A stretch of DNA of 64,000 nucleotides from the NCBI GenBank assembly GCA_963705105.1, contig CAVPIW010000005.1, forward strand, positions 352,001-416,000, written 5' to 3'. The notes under the pieces were generated by a model. It was not told the origin of the DNA. It was given only the letters and a program-made list of their open reading frames with translations, and searched no databases. Source of the DNA: an uncultured Nitrospiraceae bacterium (GTDB lineage Bacteria > Nitrospirota > Thermodesulfovibrionia > Thermodesulfovibrionales > Dissulfurispiraceae). Position numbers and translations under genes: made by a program. Below, one piece after another: positions 19,996-30,185 of this stretch (positions are counted from its first letter, which is position 1; every line of letters starts with the position of its first letter).

Positions 19996-22806
19996 TCATC
20001 TCTTTTCCTTCCCGGCTTTCGGGGCGCCCTTCGGGGACGCGGTCTGCGCCCCGCTGACCTGCTCCCTGAAGAGCCGTCTTGCAGCTTTGTGGCGTGAAGT
20101 CTCAAGCAAGGTTTTGGCGTCGAGACGCCCGAAAAGGTCCAGAATGAGAGCGACCAGTCCGGTCCACCCCGTCTGGTGGCTGGCCCCGAGCCCGGCTCCG
20201 TTGTCACCGTGGAAATACTCATAGAAAAGGATCAGGTCGCGCCAGTGCGGGTCGTCCTGGAACTTGGCCGTCCCCCCGTAGACCGGCCGTCGTCCATGGG
20301 TGTCGCGAAGGAATGTGCCCGCCAGTCGTCGCGAAATCTCCTGCGCCACCTCGAACAGCGTCATATAACTGCCGGAACCCGTCGGACACTCGACCTTGTA
20401 TTCGTCGCCGTAAAAATGGTACAGGTTCAAGAGCGCCCGGAGGATCAGCGCATTGACCGGCATCCAGACCGGACCCCGCCAGTTGGAGTTCCCGCCGAAC
20501 ATCCCCGTGTTGGACTCGCCCGGCAGATACTGCACCCTATACTCCTCATGTCCCACCCAGAACGTGAACGGATGCTCCAGGTGAAACCGCGAGAGGGAGC
20601 GTATCCCGTGCGGTCCCAGGAACTCATTCTCGTCGAGCATGTACCCGAGCACCTGCGTGAGCTTCTTCTTGTTGAGGATCGAAAGCAGCCGCCGATCTTT
20701 ATAGCCGATGAACCCCTCGTCGGTCGGCGCCACGTGGGAAACCACCTCGGGATGCCGTTTTCGGAACAGGGCGATCATCTCAGCCAGCTTCGGAAAGCGC
20801 GTCAGGTAATCTCCCTCGAACACGCTGGATGCGCAGAGCGGCAGCAGTCCCACCAGCGACCGCACCTTCAGCCGCATGGCCTGGCCGTCCGGCAGACGCA
20901 GCAGATCATAGAAGAAGCCGTCCTCCTCATCCCACATCTCGTCGTGATGCTCGCCCATGCGGTCCATGGCGTAGGAAATCCAGATATAATGCTGGATGAA
21001 CTTGAAGGCGACCTCCTCGTACATCGGGTCGTATTCGGTCAGAATCAGGGCTATCTCCAGCATGCACTGGCAGTAGAAGGCCATCCAGGCGGTGCCGTCC
21101 GCCTGCTCCAGCGACCCGCCCGTCGGCAGTTGCGCGCTCCGGTCGAACACGCCGATGTTGTCCAGCCCCAGAAAGCCGCCGGCGAAGACGTTGCGCCCGG
21201 CCGGGTCCTTGCGGTTCACCCACCAGTTGAAGTTGAGCATCAAGCCCTGAAAGGACCGCTCCAGGAACCGCATGTCCGCCCGGCCCAGCGTCTGCTCCAT
21301 TTTGAACAGGTAGACCGTGGCCCAGGCGTGCACCGGGGGATTCACGTCGCTGAAGTTCCACTCGTAGGCGGGAATCTGGCCGTTGGGGTGGAAATAGAGA
21401 TTGCGCAGCATCAGCAGGAGCTGCTCCTTGGCGAAGTCGAAATCCACCAGGGCCAGGGCGGTCGTGTGGAAGGCCAGGTCCCAGGCCGCATACCACGGGT
21501 ACTCCCACTTGTCGGGCATGGAGATGATGTCGGCGTTCAGCATATGGAACCACTCCATGTTCCTTATGCCGCGCGGGTCTGCATCGAGCAGCGGATGGCT
21601 CTTGTGCTCGGCCAGCCAGAGCTCCAGGTCGAAGTAGTAGTACTGCTTGCTCCACATCATCCCCGCCAGCGCCTGACGGTGCACCCGGCGCTCGTCTTCG
21701 TTCAGCGATTGCGGCGTGATCCTCTCGTAGAATTCGTCCGCGTCCGCGATCCGGCTCTTGAAGACCCCCTCGAAGCCCTTGAAGGCATTGTCCGCCGCCG
21801 CGGCTGCGAGCCGCAGGCGGACCGCGCTGCTTCCGCCGCCGGGCACGTCGAGCACGTAGTGAGCCGCGGCCTTGGTCCCCGTCTTGGCGGGATTCACCGC
21901 GTCGCCCTGTCCCTCGATGATGTAGGCGTGGAACGCATCCTTGCAGTAGGGAGAAGCGCCGGGCCGGCCCCAGAGGCGCTGTGTGTTACTCTCGTTCTCC
22001 GTGAACAGCAGCTCCGGGTCCCCGTCACAATACAGCCAATACTCGCCCAGCTCATGGTGGGAGGTTTGAAGGGCACCCGGCGCCACCTCGCGGAGGGACG
22101 GCTTGCGATCATCCTCACCCCAGGACCATGTGTTCCGGAACCAGAGTGTCGGCAGCAGGCGAAGCCGGGCTGCTTCCGGCCCGCGATTGTGCACGGTGAC
22201 CCGGATGAGCATGTCCTCCGGGCCTCCCTTGGCGTATTCCACGAAGACGTCGAAATAGCGGTCGCCGTCAAACACGCCCGTATCGAGCAGCTCGTACTCG
22301 AACTCCTCCCGCGACCGTGCCCGGTTCGTCTCGACCAGTTTCCGGTAGGGAAACTCACTCTGCGGGTATTTGTACAGGTACTTCATATAGGAGTGCGTGG
22401 GCGTGCTGTCGAGGTAGAAGTAGTACTCCTTCACGTCCTCCCCATGGTTCGCCTCGCTGTTGGTGAGCCCGTACAGCCGCTCCTTCAGGATGGGGTCGCG
22501 CTCATTCCACAACGCCAGGGCGAAACAGAGCTGCTGCTTGTCATCGCAGATCCCGCCGAGCCCGTCCTCGCCCCACCGGTAGGCCCGTGAGCGCGACTGC
22601 TCATGGGAGAAATAGTCCCAGGCGTTGCCGTCCTCGCTGTAGTCCTCGCGGACCGTGCCCCATTGCCGCTCGCTGAGGTAAGGGCCCCATTTCTTCCAGG
22701 GAATGCCTTTCTCGCGCGCGTCGTTCAGGCGTTTCTGTTCGGTGACGTCGGCGATTTTCCGCTTCCCCGTCACATCAACTCTTTTCTTCCCCGTAGGACC
22801 ATTCAT
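19996..22806 (-). CDS. MGH1-like (GH63) glucosidase
   Basis: [42 protein letters not shown]. Confidence 0.92.
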   Translation of the reverse strand: MNGPTGKKRVDVTGKRKIADVTEQKRLNDAREKGIPWKKWGPYLSERQWGTVREDYSEDGNAWDYFSHEQSRSRAYRWGEDGLGGICDDKQQLCFALALWNERDPILKERLYGLTNSEANHGEDVKEYYFYLDSTPTHSYMKYLYKYPQSEFPYRKLVETNRARSREEFEYELLDTGVFDGDRYFDVFVEYAKGGPEDMLIRVTVHNRGPEAARLRLLPTLWFRNTWSWGEDDRKPSLREVAPGALQTSHHELGEYWLYCDGDPELLFTENESNTQRLWGRPGASPYCKDAFHAYIIEGQGDAVNPAKTGTKAAAHYVLDVPGGGSSAVRLRLAAAAADNAFKGFEGVFKSRIADADEFYERITPQSLNEDERRVHRQALAGMMWSKQYYYFDLELWLAEHKSHPLLDADPRGIRNMEWFHMLNADIISMPDKWEYPWYAAWDLAFHTTALALVDFDFAKEQLLLMLRNLYFHPNGQIPAYEWNFSDVNPPVHAWATVYLFKMEQTLGRADMRFLERSFQGLMLNFNWWVNRKDPAGRNVFAGGFLGLDNIGVFDRSAQLPTGGSLEQADGTAWMAFYCQCMLEIALILTEYDPMYEEVAFKFIQHYIWISYAMDRMGEHHDEMWDEEDGFFYDLLRLPDGQAMRLKVRSLVGLLPLCASSVFEGDYLTRFPKLAEMIALFRKRHPEVVSHVAPTDEGFIGYKDRRLLSILNKKKLTQVLGYMLDENEFLGPHGIRSLSRFHLEHPFTFWVGHEEYRVQYLPGESNTGMFGGNSNWRGPVWMPVNALILRALLNLYHFYGDEYKVECPTGSGSYMTLFEVAQEISRRLAGTFLRDTHGRRPVYGGTAKFQDDPHWRDLILFYEYFHGDNGAGLGASHQTGWTGLVALILDLFGRLDAKTLLETSRHKAARRLFREQVSGAQTASPKGAPKAGKEKR

Positions 22807-22983
22807 GTTCTTCCTCCTCGATATGCCTGAATTTCGTGGCTGCCTGATGACGCCGGATTGACATGACCTTAACCCCTTTGATACTCATTAGGGCCACATC
22901 CCCTCAGAGACAGACGTCCTGTACGGCCTGCAGCAGCCCCGCCCCCTCGGCCATGGGCCGCTGGAATGCCTTTCTTCGACCGG

Positions 22984-23814
22984 TCAGAACCTGAAAACAA
23001 AGCCCAGTTGTCCGCCGCTCAGGGACAGATCGTTGAAAGGTTCATCATCGTCGAAATCATACTCCAGGTGGCGGTAGCCGAGCGTCATCGAGAAGAGCTT
23101 GCTGAAACGGTACCCGATCCCCCCGAAGAGCTGCCAGTTCATCTCGTTGTTGATGCCGAAGCCGCCGATATCGGCGTAGTAGGGCAGAAACCATCCCTTG
23201 CCCAGCTCAAACCTCCCTTTGAAACCGATGATCGGGTCGAAGTAATCCTTCTTTTCGGAAAAAGTCCGGGACGGGATGCTGACAGGCAATGCCGTGCTGG
23301 GATTCAGGGTGACATCGGCATCTATCCCGATATACCGTATCCCCGCAAGGACATCGAACTTTACACTTTCACTGTGGTACAAGGCATACGCCGGGGCTAT
23401 CTCAAAGGCCACGGCCTGAAGTTCGTTGTTGGACTTGATCTGGAGTCCGCCGCTGGGTAGATTCGGGAATTTCGTCGTCGTTTCTTCGTTTTCGAAAGAA
23501 ACGTACACGAAGTCCGTCAGGATAGACCACCTGCCCTTCTCTGCTTCGAACGACAGCATTAAGGCAAACTGCAGGCTGTCAAGATAGTCGTCATCGCTCA
23601 GGTCAGCGGTGCCGGTGACGTCTCGCCTCGGAAGGTTTACATTCATCGATCCGTCTATCGAGGGCAGCCAGATATAGGGAACGAGCGTGAAATGCCAGCC
23701 GTCATCCTTTTTGGCGTCTGCCGCATACACATCGGCGGCGCCTGCAAGCATTAAAACTGACACAAGCAGTACTGCGACAACCCGTGAGATTCTTCGCAGA
23801 ACAAGGTCGTTCAT
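22984..23814 (-). CDS. Outer membrane beta-barrel protein
   Basis: Signal peptide, WHFTLVPYIW, alternating beta strands, C-terminal F; paralog of 25266-26120. Confidence 0.75.
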   Translation of the reverse strand: MNDLVLRRISRVVAVLLVSVLMLAGAADVYAADAKKDDGWHFTLVPYIWLPSIDGSMNVNLPRRDVTGTADLSDDDYLDSLQFALMLSFEAEKGRWSILTDFVYVSFENEETTTKFPNLPSGGLQIKSNNELQAVAFEIAPAYALYHSESVKFDVLAGIRYIGIDADVTLNPSTALPVSIPSRTFSEKKDYFDPIIGFKGRFELGKGWFLPYYADIGGFGINNEMNWQLFGGIGYRFSKLFSMTLGYRHLEYDFDDDEPFNDLSLSGGQLGFVFRF

Positions 23815-23975
23815 CTTTCACTCCTCCGGTCTGATCTGATATGCGCCCAAAGGGCGCTGTCATTATTCAATGATTTCCGCTTGCCTCTTGAAAAGCCTGT
23901 CCTTGTCAAAAAGACCCTTTTGGGCCTTCGGCATGAACGAGCCTCCCGGTGATGCTCCGCCGGAACATTTACGGA

Positions 23976-24980
23976 CTACTTCATCCTTGACTCAAGCTCC
24001 TGGACCGATTTCATCGTGCTGTTGACCCTCGTGAAATCAAACCAGGTTTCGTTTTCAACGGGGAGATTGACGTTGCTTCCGTATACCCTCCAGCCGTCAT
24101 GGAAAATAGCCACATTCTTGTATCCAAGGGCCCTCAGGACAAGATATGCGTATGAGGCCCGATGACCCGACTGGCAATGCGTGATGACCCGGCTGTTGTA
24201 CGGTATGTCTCTGTATATCGATTTCAGATCCGAGAGCGACAGGATCCGATACGACTTTGGATCGAAGTTCTCAAAATAGTCTATGTTCACCGCTCCGGGG
24301 ATATGACCTCCACGCAAGGCCCTCACGTCGGTGCCTTCATACTCTGCGGTCGTTCTCACGTCGACGATGACCGCCTTTTTCCTGCCGTCGACGATCTGTT
24401 TGACTTCATCGGCATTCGCACCTCTCCGTGATCCCCGTACTGCTTTGAATGTCGTTGCCTTGACTTTACTCTCCGCCCGCTCGGGTTTGCCCCCCTCAGC
24501 CTGCCATCTCTCGATTCCGCCGTCATAATAATGAACGGTGCACTTGGAGAGTTCACTGTTACACCCCATTGCTTCGAGCATCCAGAACATCACCGCGTCC
24601 CAGCTTTTCTTGTGAGGATAGCCATAGACGATGACATGGCTCTCATTTCCGATCCCCATCTCGCCGATAGCCTTTTCCAGGCGGGAGACCACTGTCGGGA
24701 ACCGCTTGGTGTCATCGACATAGAGCTTCGATATCCACCCCGGAAGGAGCACGGCTCCCGGTATATGTCCCTCCGCATACTCATCGGAATGCCTCACGTC
24801 CATGATCACCCAGCCGGGTTTGCCGATCTTATCGCTAAGGAAGCCGGTATCAACGATCAGTTCCGACGCTTTTTCGGCTGAAAAGGCCATGGACGAGCAC
24901 AGCATGCACAGCGAAAAAAAGATCACCGCCGCTGTCACAGCATTTATACTTACCGCCGGACTCGCGATTGTTTTGGTCAT
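23976..24980 (-). CDS. Tandem-domain sulfurtransferase (rhodanese) with signal peptide
   Basis: GHIPGA twice, active-site HCQSGHRA, hydrophobic N-terminal leader. Confidence 0.88.
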   Translation of the reverse strand: MTKTIASPAVSINAVTAAVIFFSLCMLCSSMAFSAEKASELIVDTGFLSDKIGKPGWVIMDVRHSDEYAEGHIPGAVLLPGWISKLYVDDTKRFPTVVSRLEKAIGEMGIGNESHVIVYGYPHKKSWDAVMFWMLEAMGCNSELSKCTVHYYDGGIERWQAEGGKPERAESKVKATTFKAVRGSRRGANADEVKQIVDGRKKAVIVDVRTTAEYEGTDVRALRGGHIPGAVNIDYFENFDPKSYRILSLSDLKSIYRDIPYNSRVITHCQSGHRASYAYLVLRALGYKNVAIFHDGWRVYGSNVNLPVENETWFDFTRVNSTMKSVQELESRMK

Positions 24981-25265
24981 GAGACGCTCCTTTCTGAAGC
25001 AAGATAGATTTTCACAAACTACCGGTCCCGGAAGCTCGCGAGAAACGCTGCAGGACAGCGAAATTGTTTCAATAACCCGGGGTCATCTCGTCATCATTCA
25101 ATAGGCACATTATATCACTGCGACGCTAAATTTATAACCCTGCCGTTAAGCTCCGGGTGATGAACTGCAGGGAGGCGTCCGTATAGTCTCCCGTCACCCT
25201 TCTGCCGCGGTCCACCGTTAAGAGACATCGACAGGTCTGTTTGACGGGCATGCTCATCCATGATG

Positions 25266-26120
25266 TCAGAACTGGAACTTCAGCCCGACCAGGGGACCGC
25301 TGATATACAGGTCGTCAAGCACCTTATTATCCTTAAAATTCCAATACAGATACCGATACGCGGCAACGACATCCACCTTCTTGCTGATCTTGTAGCCGAC
25401 ACCCATCATGGCCTGCCAGGTGAATGCGCTCTGTCCTGTACCCATATCAGCAAAGTACGGAATATACCACTTCTCGTCCAGGTTCACCTTTCCCCTGATT
25501 CCGACGACACCGTCCCATACATTTCCCGACTCAGAGATCTTTTTGTCTCTTGGCTGGAGCGGCCCATCAACTTCCAGGTCCAGTTCCGACTTTATCCAGA
25601 GATAGCGCACACCGGCAACAACTTCCGAGCTGAGCTTTCCGTTGTCAAAAAAGGTGTACCCGACCAGTGGCGTCACTACCCATGCATGCAGTCTCACCGT
25701 GGCGCCCGCATCAACGGTGATCTCCTGTCCACTGGGGCCGACAGACGTGGTCACCGAATTGCTGTTGTCCCCCTTCAGTTCCACAGTCGCGACGTCCGTT
25801 GTGAGCGACCATTTGCCGTTGCGAGCCACGACACCACCCATAATTGCAAATTCCAGGTTACGGAGGACATCATCGAATTCTAATTGGATATCGCCCCCCC
25901 CGGTCGTCTTTCCCCCCATGCCGGACATCCATCCGTAAATATCTGCGCCGAACTGCCAGCCTGTCTTCCGCTCTGTCTCTTCTGCCGCCGCAGGGGCAGG
26001 CAATGCCGCCACATGCATGAAGAGCAGCAAAACAGAAAGAGCGATCGCGTTCACCATCCACCTGATTACGCTGCATTGACCGCCTTCGTATTTCGAATGA
26101 AACATCGTTTTTTTCTTCAC
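25266..26120 (-). CDS. Outer membrane beta-barrel protein
   Basis: WQFGADIYGW, WYIPYFADMG, GPLVGLKFQF; start uncertain. Confidence 0.75.
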   Translation of the reverse strand: MKKKTMFHSKYEGGQCSVIRWMVNAIALSVLLLFMHVAALPAPAAAEETERKTGWQFGADIYGWMSGMGGKTTGGGDIQLEFDDVLRNLEFAIMGGVVARNGKWSLTTDVATVELKGDNSNSVTTSVGPSGQEITVDAGATVRLHAWVVTPLVGYTFFDNGKLSSEVVAGVRYLWIKSELDLEVDGPLQPRDKKISESGNVWDGVVGIRGKVNLDEKWYIPYFADMGTGQSAFTWQAMMGVGYKISKKVDVVAAYRYLYWNFKDNKVLDDLYISGPLVGLKFQF

Positions 26121-26202
26121 TCCTGTCTCTCATTCCAAATGACATATTTGTATACAGACTCTTCGTATCCCCGGACATCGTGCCGGTTCCAGTGGCTCGC
26201 GA

Positions 26203-26250
26203 GCACGGGCCGACAGGTCCCGGCCGAAGCCGGGGTCTGTCGGCCCGTGC
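26203..26250 (-). other. Long GC-rich hairpin with cUUCGg tetraloop
   Basis: GCACGGGCCGACAG-AC-CCCGGC-TTCG-GCCGGG-AC-CTGTCGGCCCGTGC on the minus (mRNA) strand. Confidence 0.7.
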
Positions 26251-26324
26251 GCCTCCCTCCGACCGAATGCTCACAGCGACCGCACGGTCGGCTGATACTA
26301 TCGGTCTGCAGCTTCCACTGCTGG

Positions 26325-27002
26325 TTACGGCACGTAATTGGCGCTGGTGTCCTTGCCGTAGCCGCAGCCCTGGTAGGTGCAATGCAGGTCGTCGCGGATG
26401 ATGGCAGCCCATCCGCCCGCGCGACCCGTGTCCAGCACCAGGTCCTCGGTCAGCACCTTGGTTTCGAACTTCCAGCCTTTCGGCAGGTTCTTCAGCTTTC
26501 CGCCCAACTCGTTGAGGTTGTCGGGGGTGAGGCCCGGGTCGACCGCCTTGGTATATTCCTGCAGGACCCAGACCGGGCCATTGGGCTCGCGCAGGAGATA
26601 TACGGGTTTGCCCGCCTTGAAGGTCCAGATGGTGTCGCGCCTGATCAAGCACGGCAAATAGGCGTTCTCGAACTGGGCGACCATCTCGGCCCCGGTCATG
26701 TCGCCGGCCCAGATCATATCGACACCATGAAAGTTGACCGTGTCTCCGGCGGCGACCTCGAGCTCGTCCATCATCCAGAAGCGCCCGTGGTTGACGAAGC
26801 ACATGTCCACTTCGAGTTCTTCAGCGAGCTTCTTGGGATCGATCTTCTTGTAGGCCTCGGGGTCGACGGGGACCGATGCCGCCGAGTAGACGTGAGCCCG
26901 CTGGGTCCTGCCGGTGCCGACGAAAGCGCCCATTCCGTGGAACGCGGCACCGCGGGTGTTTTTGGCTTGGGATCTGCGTGTGGGACCTATTTTCAGTTTC
27001 AT
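26325..27002 (-). CDS. Hypothetical protein
   Basis: AAGGAGG RBS before ATG 27002; NHGRFWMMD and L.NLPKGW motifs; same orientation as neighbours. Confidence 0.7.
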   Translation of the reverse strand: MKLKIGPTRRSQAKNTRGAAFHGMGAFVGTGRTQRAHVYSAASVPVDPEAYKKIDPKKLAEELEVDMCFVNHGRFWMMDELEVAAGDTVNFHGVDMIWAGDMTGAEMVAQFENAYLPCLIRRDTIWTFKAGKPVYLLREPNGPVWVLQEYTKAVDPGLTPDNLNELGGKLKNLPKGWKFETKVLTEDLVLDTGRAGGWAAIIRDDLHCTYQGCGYGKDTSANYVP

Positions 27003-27071
27003 TGTGTTTCCTCCTTTTGGGTGATCGGGGTGCGGGAGCACCGCGCCCCGAGGTTTGGGGCACATCAACAC

Positions 27072-27470
27072 TTACTTCTTCATCTGTTTCGCGACAAACT
27101 CCTGGACTCTCTTGCCTTGCGCAGCCAACCCTCCAGCGGTGCTGAACTGGATGATCTCGGCCCCTTCCTTCGACTTGAAGTTGTGCGGAGCCGGCCAGAA
27201 GCACACTTCCCCGGCGCGGCAAATCTCAACGGTCCCGTCAAGGTAAATGACCTCCACCGAGCCCTTCAAAACGTAAGCCCAGTGTTCAACCCCGCACAGA
27301 TCGTGTTCCAGTCCCTTTCCCTTCAGAATGTCTGTGAAGTCAGTACCCGGGGCAAAGATGTGGTAGGCGCACTGCATGCCGCCCCATTTCTCATCCCAGA
27401 TCTTGAGGCCCGGGGTGTTCCTGGTGACGAAGTCGTCTACTGGGTTCATATCTGTCAGTTTCTTGTGCAT
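27072..27470 (-). CDS. Cupin domain protein
   Basis: CGVEHWAYVLKG and AGEVCFWPAPH cupin motifs; AAGGAG RBS. Confidence 0.78.
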   Translation of the reverse strand: MHKKLTDMNPVDDFVTRNTPGLKIWDEKWGGMQCAYHIFAPGTDFTDILKGKGLEHDLCGVEHWAYVLKGSVEVIYLDGTVEICRAGEVCFWPAPHNFKSKEGAEIIQFSTAGGLAAQGKRVQEFVAKQMKK

Positions 27471-27674
27471 AAGTTTTCTCCTTTTTGTTTCAATGTTGGT
27501 TTTTGAAAACAGCCTGGATCGGCTGAAAACCTTTCCGTTTACGTAAAAATCCAGCGACCATAACTTCGTCATTCATGGAAGCCCCCTCCTTTCTCGTGCG
27601 CTGCCATGAACCTGATTTACCGCACGCTGTCCTGATGTTACCGAGTTCTCCTTGCACTTATTACGGGGCGCATC

Positions 27675-29447
27675 TCACTCCGATGCAGTTTCCTGTGTCA
27701 CCCGTCCCGTCTCCCCGCGAAATGCCGCAATCGCATGGCGGTTGGTCGGGTACATCCGGTTTTTCCCGATCAATTCCAGCAGATGATATTGCGCCAACAA
27801 AGCAGTGGTCGGCTGATTGGCACGGCTTACGGCAACGGTCACCCCACGTTTGGTCAGCCACGTCAGGACCTGATGCAGTGTTTGCTCACCGGTCGTGTCA
27901 ATATCAACCATGGCTTCCGCATCAAACACAAACCATTTGACGGGTGTGACGGCTTGCGTGACCAGTTTCTCCACCTCTTCCTCAAAAAGAGTGGCATTGG
28001 CGAAATAGAGCGGCGCGCCAAAGCGATACATGATTAACCCGGAGGGTTCCGGGGCATGGCCTGTTTCCTCAGGGATAAAATGACTGCCGTCCGGCGCTTC
28101 CTGTAACACCCAGGTGCCGGGCCGGGAAGCCCGCCGGAGCAGATCAATCGTGGCAAGCAGAAAGGCAATGATGACAGCCTGCAATGGCCCAAAAACCAGA
28201 ACACTGAGCAGGCAGACCGCGGCAACCCAGAATTCAGACCGGCGCATCTGCCACAATTCCCGAAGCTCCCCGACCTCGATCAGATTCAACACGGCACTGG
28301 CGACAACCCCGGCCAATGCCGCAGTGGGCAGGTACGCCAATTCATCGGTAAAGAAAACCATGACCAGGGCAACCACTACTGCCGCCACCAGACTCGAGAG
28401 TTGGGTGCGGGACCCGGCGGCGTCCATCGCCGCGGTGCGCGAGGCACTGGGTCCCGAGACCAGCGAACCGGTGAATCCGCTGACGACACTGGTCATGCCG
28501 TAGGCAAACAACACCTGGTCACCATCCGCCTTGGTGTTGTGCTTGCGGCTGCAGCTGCGGACCAGCAGCAATGCCTCGCACAGGGTGATGCCGACCACCG
28601 CCATGGCGCCGGGCAGCAGGCGCAGATAGTCGGCAAACGGCACATTGGGCAGCGTCAGGGATGGTAGTCCCGGCGGCAGCGACCCCAGCACTTTAACCCC
28701 TTTTTGGTCCAGGCCGAACAGGGCTACGGTGAGCGTCATCAGGACCAGGGCTATCAGCGCCGCCGGTGCTTTGGGCAAGTATTTTTTCATCAGACGCACG
28801 ATAACAAAAGCCCCCAGCCCGATCGCGACTGAGTAAAGATTCGCATGGGGTATGGACTCAAACAGAGCGATGACTTCCACAAAATAACCCGTGGTGTCAA
28901 CGGTAGTTGCCATCGAATCCTTGAGATGGTGGGCGACCGCCGCCAATCCCGATACTTCACCATGAGAAGCCCCAAGGATCCTCCTGACCTGGTTTGTCAA
29001 CACCTCGATCCCCAGACCGGTGATGAAGCCGGCCAGCACCGCCCGGGACAGGAAATTGGCAAGAAACGCCAGCCGGAAGAACCAGAACACAAAGAACAGC
29101 AGGCCGCACATCATAGCAAGGGCCAGGGCGTATTGCACCCGGAGAGGGTCCCCAACCGGAGCAAAGCCGATAAGCATTGCTCCCATGATCGCAGAAATGG
29201 GGGCGTCCGGGCTTCCCACGACATGGCGCGAGCTGGTGAAGAGGGCAAATATCGCCAGCGGAATGATGCCCGCATAGAGGCCGAACACAGGAGGTAACCC
29301 GGCTACCTGCGCATATCCAATATTGAGGGGGATGATCAGGGCTGCCAGGGTAATCCCCGCTGAGATCTCGCGGGGAACATTTTCCCACGTCATTCCCTGC
29401 AAACCTGAAAACATCGTGGGCCATTGGAACTTATTTGCGGTGCTCAT
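27675..29447 (-). CDS. SulP family anion transporter with STAS domain
   Basis: GYAQVAGLPPVFGLY, many TM helices, APLYFANA and DIDTTG STAS motifs. Confidence 0.92.
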   Translation of the reverse strand: MSTANKFQWPTMFSGLQGMTWENVPREISAGITLAALIIPLNIGYAQVAGLPPVFGLYAGIIPLAIFALFTSSRHVVGSPDAPISAIMGAMLIGFAPVGDPLRVQYALALAMMCGLLFFVFWFFRLAFLANFLSRAVLAGFITGLGIEVLTNQVRRILGASHGEVSGLAAVAHHLKDSMATTVDTTGYFVEVIALFESIPHANLYSVAIGLGAFVIVRLMKKYLPKAPAALIALVLMTLTVALFGLDQKGVKVLGSLPPGLPSLTLPNVPFADYLRLLPGAMAVVGITLCEALLLVRSCSRKHNTKADGDQVLFAYGMTSVVSGFTGSLVSGPSASRTAAMDAAGSRTQLSSLVAAVVVALVMVFFTDELAYLPTAALAGVVASAVLNLIEVGELRELWQMRRSEFWVAAVCLLSVLVFGPLQAVIIAFLLATIDLLRRASRPGTWVLQEAPDGSHFIPEETGHAPEPSGLIMYRFGAPLYFANATLFEEEVEKLVTQAVTPVKWFVFDAEAMVDIDTTGEQTLHQVLTWLTKRGVTVAVSRANQPTTALLAQYHLLELIGKNRMYPTNRHAIAAFRGETGRVTQETASE

Positions 29448-29570
29448 ATAGCAATCCTTTTCTTGTTCGATCTTTCCATTTGAGAGGTCCGGCCACCTTG
29501 ATGCACCTGGTTCATTGCATGCCGCCCTGATGGTGCACTGTATTTCACCTGCTTTTCACGCTTCCCTGAT

Positions 29571-30095
29571 TCACTGGCCGGCTCTTTTCTGGAGAAAGAG
29601 AGCCCGGATCTTTTCCGCTCCCAACACGCGCGCCAACTCCTTGACGCCGAAGAAGGGGATGAATATGACGAAGAGCATCACACTCCCGGCGAGAAATTCA
29701 TGAGGACCGTCCTTGAAGTAGTCAATGACGCCTCCCGTGAGCCCCTTCCCCTTAAAAAGTCCCTTGATCGCATGCTCGGCGAGGGTAAAGACAGCGACAA
29801 AGATCGTAAAGACGACAGTCTTGTAAAGGGTGGGATAGATCAGGGGCTTCTGTTCAAGGCCCCGACCGAGGCGCAGCACAGCTCCGATCATGATCACTTT
29901 TGCAAGAATCAAGGCTTGGATCACGGCCACGCCGTAATCCGTGTACGTGATATCATAGGCAGCCAGAAGAAATCTTCGGTACTGCGTGAAAGCCGCGAAC
30001 ACCACCGCGAGGTATGCGACATTTATCCAGTACTCGACCAACTCATGGAAAATTATGTTCTTCCAGTCCTTTTTTTTCTTGTCAGGGCTACTCAT
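29571..30095 (-). CDS. Hypothetical membrane protein
   Basis: About four TM segments, ALILAKVI motif. Confidence 0.7.
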   Translation of the reverse strand: MSSPDKKKKDWKNIIFHELVEYWINVAYLAVVFAAFTQYRRFLLAAYDITYTDYGVAVIQALILAKVIMIGAVLRLGRGLEQKPLIYPTLYKTVVFTIFVAVFTLAEHAIKGLFKGKGLTGGVIDYFKDGPHEFLAGSVMLFVIFIPFFGVKELARVLGAEKIRALFLQKRAGQ

Positions 30096-30185
30096 GATCT
30101 ATGGCCCTCCCACGAAGCATCGTTCCCTCTGCTCAGCTGATAGTGACACGTTCAGGTCTGTCGCCACGACGTTTCTTCCGCTCTT

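Noticed and set aside
20176..22590. 804-aa ORF and other long antisense ORFs (e.g. 9953-11473, 25884-27506, 33377-34768)
   Set aside because: Shadow frames of well-supported genes in GC-rich DNA, with no recognisable motifs
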